Source: a virus (taxonomy: Duplodnaviria; Caudoviricetes). Taken from it: a DNA stretch of 64,000 bases. Positions 1 through 9,268 of the stretch are shown in pieces (the first letter of the stretch is position 1; each line of letters begins with the position of its first letter). The position numbers and the translations under genes were made by a program. Where the stretch lies: IMG/VR virus record IMGVR_UViG_3300032007_000015; one strand, 5' to 3'. Below the pieces are notes generated by a model. It was not told the DNA's origin and did no database searches. It saw only the letters and a list, made by a program, of their open reading frames with translations.

Positions 1-123
1 CTTTCCCAGTTAGACACATGAATTCTAACTGACGTGGTTTTATTTAGGATTACCACGGAACCTATTTATTATTTTATTCACAAAAATATTATATCAATAT
101 ACACATAGAGTTTACGGATTTTA
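1..123 (-). repeat. Cassette head repeat, copy A1: promoter, pseudoknot leader, hairpin and SD; its gene lies off the left edge
   Basis: Identical to 22706-22828; near-identical to 24983-25108; diverged copy at about 26990-27100. Confidence 0.95.
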
Positions 124-270
124 TTATGTTCCTTAATTGTGTATGTAAAAAACAAACATAATTAACACTGAAAATTAAAGAAATATTGAATAATATTGAT
201 ATATTATTTATGTAGAGAATAAGTTAAAATATTAGCTTATTTTAAAAAAACTAAGAAAGGATATGATTAA

Positions 271-744
271 ATGCTAGTACCGGCGATTTTATTTAAAAAT
301 GAAATTCAAAAAGAATTTCAAAAATATTACTATACACTAGATATGATGTATGAAACTGGGTGTATGAATAATTGGAGTCCTGTAATTGTAGATTGTCCAG
401 ATGAAAGTCAATTTCAATATGCAATTGTAGATAAGGATGAAAAACTAATTGGATACTTATCATATTGCATAAACTGGTATGTATCTAAAGCCTATGACTT
501 CGGATTGTTCTCTTTCGACCGAGGAAATATTTTAGTCGCTAAGGACACATTCGATAAATTAGAAGAGCTTGTCAAAACTCTACATAGGGTTGAATGGAGA
601 GCTGTTAGCGGAAACCCCGCTTGTAGGGGATATGACAGTTTCATTAAGAGACATAATGGAGTAAAGCATGTATTAAGAGACTCTATTAAAGACAAAGACG
701 GGAAATATCATGATGACATTATTTATGAAATTGTGTCATCATAG
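271..744 (+). CDS. GNAT-family (RimL-like) acetyltransferase
   Basis: Size and motifs (LIGYLSY, LHRVEWRAVSGNPA, GKYHDDIIYEI) typical of the GNAT fold; good SD. Confidence 0.6.
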   Translation: MLVPAILFKNEIQKEFQKYYYTLDMMYETGCMNNWSPVIVDCPDESQFQYAIVDKDEKLIGYLSYCINWYVSKAYDFGLFSFDRGNILVAKDTFDKLEELVKTLHRVEWRAVSGNPACRGYDSFIKRHNGVKHVLRDSIKDKDGKYHDDIIYEIVSS

Positions 745-806
745 AAGATTAGTCTTATTTATTTAATGATGCAACGAATTATTGTTGCATCATTAAATAA
801 AATATT

Positions 807-834
807 AGTCCAGTTCATGACTTTAAACCGAGCA
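807..834 (+). promoter_or_regulatory. Pseudoknot leader type B, copy B1
   Basis: AGTC-CA-GTTCA-T-GACT-TTAAACC-GAGC directly before the AAGGAG SD of the ORF at 852. Confidence 0.8.
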
Positions 835-851
835 TTAAGAAAGGAGTTCAT

Positions 852-1322
852 ATGAACAGAAATGAAAAAATTATTTTAACAGTGTTAGGTTCATTTGCAG
901 GAGGATATGTATTAGGAAAAGCATATAAAAAAATTGCAGACCAGTGCAATTCTCCAGAAGCAAAAAGTAGGTTACTTGTTAACAGACTGAATGAAGCAAT
1001 GAAAGAAGGAAATGAAGCTCTTTGTGGTGAATTAGCAAAAGAGTTTCTGGAAGACATTGCGATAAATACTTCATTCGGTATTATAATGAATGAAAAAGAT
1101 TTAACTGTAATAAAAGACTTTTTACAGGAAGCCTTTCACGATAATACAGTTAAATATGAAGTTCATGCAAGAAAATTGCCTATTCCATGTTGCTATGGGC
1201 ATAAAATAGAAATAGTATTCTCTTGCAAGAATGATACATTGGAGTATAAGTTCTTATTCAACTGGAATTCTGATATGAAGCAGGCAGACCGTCTGGTTGA
1301 ATTAGAGATTATATCTAAGTAA
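852..1322 (+). CDS. Hypothetical accessory protein with N-terminal hydrophobic anchor
   Basis: ORF with strong SD; N-terminal IILTVLGSFAGGYVLG. Confidence 0.75.
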   Translation: MNRNEKIILTVLGSFAGGYVLGKAYKKIADQCNSPEAKSRLLVNRLNEAMKEGNEALCGELAKEFLEDIAINTSFGIIMNEKDLTVIKDFLQEAFHDNTVKYEVHARKLPIPCCYGHKIEIVFSCKNDTLEYKFLFNWNSDMKQADRLVELEIISK

Positions 1323-1324
1323 TA

Positions 1325-1362
1325 AGAAAAGAACGGATAGATGATTCTATCCGTTCTTTTCT
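1325..1362. terminator. Bidirectional intrinsic terminator
   Basis: AGAAAAGAACGGATAGA/TCTATCCGTTCTTTTCT inverted repeat between convergent genes. Confidence 0.85.
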
Positions 1363-1365
1363 TTT

Positions 1366-2811
1366 TTAAAACATTCTATATCTTGTAACACTCTTACATT
1401 TTTTTGTAATGACAGGTGTACGTTTTTCTATCATTTTTAATATAGCACCAAAACTTATATCTATTAAATCGTAAAAATAAGTATCTTTATCTGGTGCATA
1501 TTCTCTAAGCCTTCCAATTAACTGTTTAGTTAATGTAGATGATGAATATGGGTCGATATTAATTATAGTTCTTAATTCAGATATATCTGCTCCTGTACCT
1601 AATGATTTAATTGTAGAAGATATAATATTTGCATTCTTTTTATAATAATCATTATCTTCCTTACTATTTTTTGAATGAATTGATCCAACAATTAAATCTG
1701 GATATGATTCAGATAATATAGTTTTTATATAATCAGCTGATTCTATCATAGGACTTGTTATTAATATTTTTCCTTCTTCATTTAATGCTTTCTTTACAAC
1801 TTTTTGTAATGCATAAATAATAGTTTGATCTTTATCCATTTCATAACAATATTTCCAAAATCTATAATTGCTAAAACCATAATTTGTTTGCATACTAACA
1901 TTATCTAATTGGCTTGCATTTGAATTAAAATATACTATATTATAGTTGACATGTTTTCTTCGTTCAATACCTTCACCATATCTTGATAAAGATGCAAATG
2001 CTTTCTTAAATACTGCAGATTCTTTAGGATCCGCACGCTCAAAAGTTGCTGTTAAATAGTAAGTTTGCATAACATCAGTTTGCATATCAATAGAGAGAAT
2101 ACTTCTAAAGCATTTATGTGCTTCATCATATACTTTAATTCCTATACCAGCAATTTCAAATATATTATTAAGATATTCACCACCATATAATTTAATATAT
2201 GAAGTTAAAGTTTGATGATTCACCAAATACACATCACCAGATAATTTTTCTTTTCTTATCTGTTCCATATCTGATGAACCTTCAATATTTATAATTTTTT
2301 CTTCTGGTATATTAGTCATCTCTAATAATGTATTTATCCATTGTGCTTTTATAGTATCCTGATTCGTAATTATCATAGATACTGTTTGCTGTTGCACAAT
2401 AGCATTTATCATACAATACGTTTTTCCATAGCCAGTATCAAGATTAAGACCATATTGACTATTGTATGATGTCTTTGTAAATTCATCTTTATGAACTAAA
2501 AATCTTATTGCTTTTTCTTGTATTTCATCTTTTGGTGGAACTAACATTTTATATTTTTTTGTAGTTCGTTTTACTCTGTTACAACTTGAAATTACATTTG
2601 GAACTGTATTAAATAATCCTTTTAATGTGACTTGAGATATACCTCTTGGTATTATTAGTAATTCTTTTTCTTCGTCATAAATACAACCTATATATACACG
2701 AGAATGTGTGACTGCATCATAATATGAGCACATTTTTTCTAATCTAGGAGAATCACCCATATGATATGGATAAATTTCTGTTCTTGTATGATATATATTG
2801 ATTTGTTTCAT
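1366..2811 (-). CDS. Superfamily 2 (DEAH) helicase
   Basis: Walker A LDTGYGKT, DEAH, motif III LTAT, motif VI QLIGRLR. Confidence 0.9.
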   Translation of the reverse strand: MKQINIYHTRTEIYPYHMGDSPRLEKMCSYYDAVTHSRVYIGCIYDEEKELLIIPRGISQVTLKGLFNTVPNVISSCNRVKRTTKKYKMLVPPKDEIQEKAIRFLVHKDEFTKTSYNSQYGLNLDTGYGKTYCMINAIVQQQTVSMIITNQDTIKAQWINTLLEMTNIPEEKIINIEGSSDMEQIRKEKLSGDVYLVNHQTLTSYIKLYGGEYLNNIFEIAGIGIKVYDEAHKCFRSILSIDMQTDVMQTYYLTATFERADPKESAVFKKAFASLSRYGEGIERRKHVNYNIVYFNSNASQLDNVSMQTNYGFSNYRFWKYCYEMDKDQTIIYALQKVVKKALNEEGKILITSPMIESADYIKTILSESYPDLIVGSIHSKNSKEDNDYYKKNANIISSTIKSLGTGADISELRTIINIDPYSSSTLTKQLIGRLREYAPDKDTYFYDLIDISFGAILKMIEKRTPVITKKCKSVTRYRMF

Positions 2812-2878
2812 TATTATACCCTCTTAAAAAAAGAGGGATAAACCCTCTTTTATAATCATTATTTTTAGTTACAATATA

Positions 2879-3136
2879 TTACATATTTACAACAACTTTA
2901 CCAATTGCTGCAAGTAATACGTCTACTTTTTCTTTATCGCTAAGTCCAGATAAGAGTTTTCCAATATCATTTGATACTGATTTTGCATTTCCTTTTCCAT
3001 CCCTAGCTAATCCAACCATAGCCATTGCAACAGCATTTCCCATCTTAATTGTAATTCCCTGCTGCTGTTCTTTTAATTCCTGAATTGATTCCTGTGCATC
3101 TAAAAATTTGTTTGACATAATTATGTCCTCCTTCAT
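2879..3136 (-). CDS. Hypothetical protein (true start probably MSNKF)
   Basis: ORF in operon; GGAGG SD precedes the internal Met. Confidence 0.65.
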   Translation of the reverse strand: MKEDIIMSNKFLDAQESIQELKEQQQGITIKMGNAVAMAMVGLARDGKGNAKSVSNDIGKLLSGLSDKEKVDVLLAAIGKVVVNM

Positions 3137-3175
3137 ATTTTTTTATTATTTAAAAGTCTACTAGACTATTTAAAC

Positions 3176-5188
3176 TTATTTCTTATTTAATGATTTAAAA
3201 TCATTACAATGTTCAATCATCCATTGATGTGAATCAAAATCTCCATTTACTTTCATAAATTCACCTTTATTATTCATAATAAATGAATTTTTTGTATCTT
3301 TCTTTAAAGCTTCAATTATATACTTTAATTTTTTAATACCATTATTATCTTTAATAGGTAGTAGTATTTCTATTCTTCTATCCAAATTTCTAGTTAATAA
3401 ATCTGCTGAAGATATATAATATTCAGGATTTTTATTATTTTCAAAATAATATATCCTGCTATGCTCTAGAAATCTACCGACAACTGATTTGACAATAATG
3501 TTATCATTTGCAACTATTGAGCAAGCTCCTCTGCATAAAATATATATCTTTACACCTTTAGATGCTGCTTCATATAATTTATTTACCATTATTTTGTCTG
3601 ATAAAGAATTTACTTTCATAAAAATTTCAGCGTGTTTACCTTTCTTTTTATTTTCAATTTCTCTATCAATAGATTTTAATAATGTCTTTCTTAAAGTTAC
3701 TGGTGAATAAGAAATTTTATTCATTTTCTCATCTGGTGTTGAAATACCTGCTAAAATATTAAACACCATTAACAAATCCATACCAACTTTTTGATTAGAT
3801 GTAAGGTATGAAATATCTGTATAAATTTTAGCAGTTTTTTCATTATAATTACCGGTACCAATATGAGAATATATTTTGTTTCCATCGTCAGTTTTCTTAA
3901 TAACAACACACATTTTACAATGTGTTTTTAAATATTCTAAACCCAATAAAACTATAGCACCAGCATTTTGCAATTTAGAAATTAATCTTATATTGTTCTC
4001 TTCATCAAATCTTGCTTTTATTTCAATTAATACTGCAACGTGTTTACCATTTTTAGCAGCATTACATAATGCATTTACTATAGGGCTATCATAACTTGAT
4101 ACTCTATATAAGGTTTGTTTAATTGCTAATACATCAGGATCAAATGCAGCATGTTCTATAAATTTTACTACAGTTTCATATGAATCATAAGGATGATTTA
4201 ACATTATATCTTCTTCATCAAGTGCATCAAATAATGAATAATGTTCACCTTTATTTTCATATTTCATTGGTTTAAAAGGTTTATAACTACATTTATCAGA
4301 TAATATCTTTTCATTAAACCTTGTATAATCAATCATCTCCGTATGAATAACATGAGATTTTGGAACATAGTAAAGATTCATAATTGAATATTTTAAATCT
4401 TCATCGCAATCTTTTCTTATAAATAACATTAATGGTTTTGAAAGATTTCTTTTCATTATAGTATCTTTCATTCTGTCTAATAAGAATCGTGATGTATCGT
4501 GTTCTATTTCAACATTTTCGTCTTTTATTACTTTAAATACGCCTGATGATATAATCTCTTTATTAATAAATATATTATCTAAGAAATTTATTATAACATC
4601 TTCAGTTAATACTACCTTATTATTAACTTTTATTATCTTAGGTATCCTTTTATCAATTGGAATAATATTTAAATAATTAGTTCCATTTTGATTAATTTTA
4701 CAAGCGATACAAAGTTGCCCATTTTCCAAATTTACAATATCATTACTTATACCAACACATATTGGTGTAAGTAACGGAAAAATGTTAGATAAGAAAACAG
4801 ATTTTACTTTAATAATCTCTTTCTTATCTAACTTAGAAATTTTTGTAATTTCAATATTCTCATTTTCCTTTAAATCTTGCTTTATATTATTATAGCATTT
4901 ATATTGTAAACGTATAAACTTCTTTATACTATCTCGGATTTCTTTATATGGCTCTTTCTTTTTATTTTTATATGAATTTGAAAATCTTACTGCAATAAAT
5001 TCATTTAAATTACTATCAGTTATTGACAGAAAATTTAACCTTTCATTCATAAGTTGTTTCTTTGCAGATGCACAATAAAGAACCCTCTTATTAAAATCTA
5101 TCCAGGAAAGTTCACGATTAATGAACTTTCCTTTAGATTTTATTGTTCCTTTTTGTTCCATCTCGTAAAGATCCATATTAAGTTTCAT
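3176..5188 (-). CDS. ppk1: Polyphosphate kinase 1
   Basis: NRELSWIDFNKRV, HPYDSY, IKQTLYR, EIKARFDEENN, KTHCK (phospho-His), HIGTGNYN, GRFLEHSRIYYF, SSADLLTRNLDRRIE. Confidence 0.97.
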   Translation of the reverse strand: MKLNMDLYEMEQKGTIKSKGKFINRELSWIDFNKRVLYCASAKKQLMNERLNFLSITDSNLNEFIAVRFSNSYKNKKKEPYKEIRDSIKKFIRLQYKCYNNIKQDLKENENIEITKISKLDKKEIIKVKSVFLSNIFPLLTPICVGISNDIVNLENGQLCIACKINQNGTNYLNIIPIDKRIPKIIKVNNKVVLTEDVIINFLDNIFINKEIISSGVFKVIKDENVEIEHDTSRFLLDRMKDTIMKRNLSKPLMLFIRKDCDEDLKYSIMNLYYVPKSHVIHTEMIDYTRFNEKILSDKCSYKPFKPMKYENKGEHYSLFDALDEEDIMLNHPYDSYETVVKFIEHAAFDPDVLAIKQTLYRVSSYDSPIVNALCNAAKNGKHVAVLIEIKARFDEENNIRLISKLQNAGAIVLLGLEYLKTHCKMCVVIKKTDDGNKIYSHIGTGNYNEKTAKIYTDISYLTSNQKVGMDLLMVFNILAGISTPDEKMNKISYSPVTLRKTLLKSIDREIENKKKGKHAEIFMKVNSLSDKIMVNKLYEAASKGVKIYILCRGACSIVANDNIIVKSVVGRFLEHSRIYYFENNKNPEYYISSADLLTRNLDRRIEILLPIKDNNGIKKLKYIIEALKKDTKNSFIMNNKGEFMKVNGDFDSHQWMIEHCNDFKSLNKK

Positions 5189-5214
5189 AATATTGTCTCC
5201 TTATTCGATATTGA

Positions 5215-5865
5215 TTAGCTAATTTTTACACCTGTTTGTTCTGCAAAATCCATTTTTTCTTTTGGATCTGGAATAGTAATTCCATCAATGGACTCACTAT
5301 CAGCATGATAAACTACTTTATATCCATCATATCTAGTAACATCTTCTTCATCAAAACAATCAAGTGTATCAGGAATACATATATCTTCAGCATATAGTTT
5401 CTGTAATCTTGAATCAAGCTTTAACATACCAACGATATATGTATAGCAATACTTATGCATATAAGAATCATATTCTGGTAATAAATAATTACCACTACAT
5501 TTTACTGTAATATTTACAATATATTTATGAGTATTTTTACCAATGAATATAAATTCAGATTTACAAGTAATAATGTGCTTATTATCTTTACGATACACAT
5601 CATTTCTGTAAGATAAATTCATTTTATTATCTTCATACGAATCTGGATAAGATTCAATATCTGTTAACTTTGCATCTACAAGTTGTAATGAAAAGTTACT
5701 TATAGATGTATCTTTTAAACTATTGATTATACTCATTAACGGTCCTGCATATATTAATTCATCATTTATATCAATAGTTTTAATATTTTCTTTGCTCTCT
5801 GATTTTAATAATTTCATTTTTATTCCTCCGTTTTTTATTCTCTTATTTTTCTTTTTTCTCATCAA
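5215..5865 (-). CDS. Hypothetical protein
   Basis: Long ORF in operon; likely start at MKLLK after a GGAGG SD. Confidence 0.7.
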   Translation of the reverse strand: MMRKKKNKRIKNGGIKMKLLKSESKENIKTIDINDELIYAGPLMSIINSLKDTSISNFSLQLVDAKLTDIESYPDSYEDNKMNLSYRNDVYRKDNKHIITCKSEFIFIGKNTHKYIVNITVKCSGNYLLPEYDSYMHKYCYTYIVGMLKLDSRLQKLYAEDICIPDTLDCFDEEDVTRYDGYKVVYHADSESIDGITIPDPKEKMDFAEQTGVKIS

Positions 5866-6616
5866 TTTCTGTTAAATTAACTTTATTATTTACTGAAGTA
5901 TATGAAATCTTATGTTTCAATGGTTCAGTCATTCCATTTGACCTGTCAATAATATTGATTTCAAAGTCAAATCCTAATAATTCAGCCCAAGTATTAAATG
6001 TACTCGTAGAAATTTTTGTTTTATTATTTAGGGCTGCTTTTAAGTTACTCATTTGGTATGCTTTATCAACAACATGTTTAATAGCATTAAGATTAGTTCC
6101 TTTATCAATTATGATATTTTTGATTAATAACTTTAAAAAGTCATCATTCTTTTCATCAATAACTGGTATATATTTTTCACCACCAGCATTCATATCATCA
6201 AGCATTTCTTTATTATATAAAGGAACATTTGGGTCTGTTATTTCAGCAATTGAACTTACATCCATTGATGATGTATTTTTTTCGTTGAATAGGGCTTTCG
6301 TTTTTGCATGACATCTTTTATTCCACGTAATAGTTGTTCTTATCTCATCACCTACGATTTCATCATACATATTAAACCAAGGTATTGGCATTGATGCAAT
6401 TCCTGACATACTTGGTAAATTTTTACGATATATCCAAATATCTCCATTCTCATCAATATAACCTTTGTTATCTTGAAATTCATCAGATAATCCATTTTTT
6501 GTTGTAATATCATGCTGAAATACACTTATACCAAAATCAGATAGTCTACCGACAACGCTATATGTTCTGCTTTGCCCAGATTTAAATTTGATATATAAAA
6601 GTTTCTGTTCAGACAT
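5843..6616 (-). CDS. Hypothetical protein with possible C-terminal HTH-like domain
   Basis: ORF with SD; C-terminal SNLKAAL...FNTWAELLG resembles an XRE-type HTH. Confidence 0.6.
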   Translation of the reverse strand: MSEQKLLYIKFKSGQSRTYSVVGRLSDFGISVFQHDITTKNGLSDEFQDNKGYIDENGDIWIYRKNLPSMSGIASMPIPWFNMYDEIVGDEIRTTITWNKRCHAKTKALFNEKNTSSMDVSSIAEITDPNVPLYNKEMLDDMNAGGEKYIPVIDEKNDDFLKLLIKNIIIDKGTNLNAIKHVVDKAYQMSNLKAALNNKTKISTSTFNTWAELLGFDFEINIIDRSNGMTEPLKHKISYTSVNNKVNLTEIDEKKEK

Positions 6617-6676
6617 TTATATCACTTCCTTTCTTTATTATTGTATATCCGTATATATAATATATAAATTCATATA

Positions 6677-7321
6677 TTAGCAGAATACATCATCATCATA
6701 AAAGTTTTCAATACCATTCAAATAAAAGCCAATGTCATCTGCTGTCATTGGATAGAAATTATTACAATCAACTCCGACATTGATACCAAATTTCTTTATT
6801 TTTTGTTTTTCATGAATATGTCCAAATAAACACCATCTATAATGTTTAATATTCGTTTCTTTAAATACTTTTAAAAAATCTAACGGTTTGTGAACCAGTG
6901 TTAACTTTAAAATTTGATCAATACTATCATTAATATTGCAGTCTAGATCCATATTGATACCAGGTCTTACAACATCTTTAAAACCATAGTCATGCATTAA
7001 TTTATATCTAAATAAATTAAATTTCATTTCATCAGTTAAATCATCACCATTAATTTCTTTTATTTCGTTTTCTTCATAATTACCTATTACTAAAATTACT
7101 GGACAATGATACTCTTTTGCAAAATTATAATCACCAAAGTCTCCGAGATGATATAAAATAACATCGTCATTTCCGTCAGTTAATTTAAATTTATCTATTA
7201 TTGCATTTGCTCTAGAAATTATAAATCTATTCATATCATTAATATCTATGAAAGGTCTTCTAGATAATTTTAATGTTCTTTCTGATGAAAAATGTGTATC
7301 GGATGTAAACAGTTTAGTCAT
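6677..7321 (-). CDS. Calcineurin-like metallophosphoesterase
   Basis: SDTHF, HLGDF, GNYE, FGHIH, NVGVD motifs. Confidence 0.9.
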   Translation of the reverse strand: MTKLFTSDTHFSSERTLKLSRRPFIDINDMNRFIISRANAIIDKFKLTDGNDDVILYHLGDFGDYNFAKEYHCPVILVIGNYEENEIKEINGDDLTDEMKFNLFRYKLMHDYGFKDVVRPGINMDLDCNINDSIDQILKLTLVHKPLDFLKVFKETNIKHYRWCLFGHIHEKQKIKKFGINVGVDCNNFYPMTADDIGFYLNGIENFYDDDVFC

Positions 7322-7369
7322 TTTGTTTCCTCCATTTTCTATATTATTTATTCACGTTTATCAAAATAT

Positions 7370-7490
7370 TCAAATAAAATCTAATGTATCTGGTGTCATT
7401 GGATAAAAATTATTATAATCAACTCCGACATTGATACTAGGTCTTACAACATCTTTAAAACCATATTTGTACATTAATTTATATTTAATA
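7370..7490 (-). pseudogene. Internally deleted, decayed duplicate of the 3' part of the phosphoesterase gene
   Basis: Matches 6717-6788 joined to 6952-7012. Confidence 0.85.
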
Positions 7491-7492
7491 CT

Positions 7493-7780
7493 TCACATAC
7501 AAAATTTCTGCCCGCATTGAGGACAATATATATTTGTAGAATATATATTACTACCACAAATCCCACATTGATGTACAATTGTTGATTTTCCAAATAAGTC
7601 AAATCTTCTTTCATTGTTTGTTGGAATTCTCTTTTGTTTTCTCACACATTCTTCTATGGTATCCATATTAGCCATTAGGTCATTAATGTCACCAACTGTA
7701 ATAACTCCATTTTCATTACTATATGCGATTTTAAATTGTTGTATGGAGATTAATGCAGCATTTATTTTTCTTTCATCCAT
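7493..7780 (-). CDS. Zinc-ribbon protein
   Basis: CGIC...CPQCG at the C-terminus. Confidence 0.7.
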   Translation of the reverse strand: MDERKINAALISIQQFKIAYSNENGVITVGDINDLMANMDTIEECVRKQKRIPTNNERRFDLFGKSTIVHQCGICGSNIYSTNIYCPQCGQKFCM

Positions 7781-7997
7781 TTACTATCACCTCTTTATCT
7801 CTGTATTTATCCATTTTAGAATCAATACAAAATAAAAGTTGCTTTACTGCTTCATTAGCTACTTCGTGTTCATCTGCTAAGGTACAAAGTAATAATCTTA
7901 TATCAGATAAATCTGTAATGACTTCATTCTCTCCCATTATAATGCCTCCTTTCTTATTTCCTTTATTCATCGTCTTCCTTTCTAATATATTCACCAA
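7773..7997 (-). CDS. Small hypothetical protein
   Basis: Overlapping operon ORF; internal AAGGAGG before MGENE. Confidence 0.55.
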   Translation of the reverse strand: MVNILERKTMNKGNKKGGIIMGENEVITDLSDIRLLLCTLADEHEVANEAVKQLLFCIDSKMDKYRDKEVIVNG

Positions 7998-8298
7998 GAA
8001 TGCACTTTATTAAATTACGGCATCCTTGTACATCTGTTGTTGCGTCACCTATTCTAGAAGATAATTCATTTGCAAATTCTATAAGTGTTTTTTCACGAAT
8101 AATATTAGATTTTTCTTGATGAAGGTGATTTAAATTATATATTATTTTTTCATTTTCTTCATTTTGTATATGGCAAAATTTATCCCAATTCAGATTTATA
8201 TTCTGAAAAATTTTTTGGTATGCTTTATTCATTTTATAATAAAATAACGACATAATAATTATAATAATTATATTTATAATTAAAATGATTATATACAT
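7963..8298 (-). CDS. Membrane-anchored hypothetical protein
   Basis: N-terminal Ile-rich transmembrane segment; SD. Confidence 0.65.
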   Translation of the reverse strand: MYIIILIINIIIIIIMSLFYYKMNKAYQKIFQNINLNWDKFCHIQNEENEKIIYNLNHLHQEKSNIIREKTLIEFANELSSRIGDATTDVQGCRNLIKCILGEYIRKEDDE

Positions 8299-8313
8299 AT
8301 TATAAATTCTCCT

Positions 8314-8478
8314 TTATTTTTCATCTTTAAAGTCAGCAGGATCTTCTTTGTCCATTTCTGCTAATATATCATCATTAAGTGAATCAATATCACTTAATGA
8401 TGTAATCTCACCATAAAACTTTCCTGCTACAAATCCTACTACTGCACCTACCGTTAATGCTATTAATGATTTTTTCAT
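8314..8478 (-). CDS. 54-aa membrane-anchored protein (not in the ORF track)
   Basis: MKKSLIALTVGAVVGFVAGKFYGE..., GGAGG SD, fills the operon gap. Confidence 0.75.
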   Translation of the reverse strand: MKKSLIALTVGAVVGFVAGKFYGEITSLSDIDSLNDDILAEMDKEDPADFKDEK

Positions 8479-8496
8479 TTTTATTTCCTCCATTTT

Positions 8497-9195
8497 CTAT
8501 ATATTTGGTATAGCATGAACCTCTTCAACCGTAATAACTGGTTTTGAAACAATTGGTTCTTCTATAACTTCACTTACTGTTCTTACTTGAGCTTTAAACT
8601 CTGTCGGTTTAACTGTAACCATTTTTACAGATAAATCCATTAATTGTAGTGATAAAGATTCCATATTTATATTAGATAATAAATAATATAAATATTTTAA
8701 TTCTTCATATGTTAGTTTACAATAATTATCCATTGAATTTATAAATAAAATACAACCTTCATACATTCCTTCTTCATCAGAAATTACAAATGGTTTTATT
8801 TTAATAACTTTATCATTACTTATTCTAATGAGTTGTTCTTCTTTATCAGCAACTTCATTATTGAGATATAATATTTCGTTTTCATAATAGAATAAGTCCT
8901 CAACTTCTATAAATCTATTAATAAATTTATTAAGAACTGTTATCATTCTAAACAAATTAAACTTATTTAAAGTTATAATTCTATTGTTTGACCAGCCTTC
9001 TTTCTTTTCACTTTCATTAGTAATTTCAATTGTGATAAACGGATGTGGATTAAATTTGATATACTCATTACCGTCAATCTTGAATTTACTTACTAATTTA
9101 TTAATTGGTAATTCATTTTCAGATTTAAGTATCAAACTAAATTTAACTTTCATCCATTTATTAACATTGCCAAGCTCCATATTTATTTTATTCAT
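8497..9195 (-). CDS. Hypothetical phage protein
   Basis: 232-aa ORF with GAGGTG SD. Confidence 0.75.
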   Translation of the reverse strand: MNKINMELGNVNKWMKVKFSLILKSENELPINKLVSKFKIDGNEYIKFNPHPFITIEITNESEKKEGWSNNRIITLNKFNLFRMITVLNKFINRFIEVEDLFYYENEILYLNNEVADKEEQLIRISNDKVIKIKPFVISDEEGMYEGCILFINSMDNYCKLTYEELKYLYYLLSNINMESLSLQLMDLSVKMVTVKPTEFKAQVRTVSEVIEEPIVSKPVITVEEVHAIPNI

Positions 9196-9268
9196 GTGGA
9201 GTAGTTCACCTCTTGAATTAGTGATGATGTATAATATAAATTCTATACATCATCACTACAAATTTTAT

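Noticed and set aside
7-64. Self-cleaving ribozyme (hammerhead, pistol, HDV-like) in the leader or trailer elements
   Set aside because: The CGUGG/CCACG stem is superficially pistol-like, but the catalytic core and topology are missing; there is no CUGANGA/GAAA pair.
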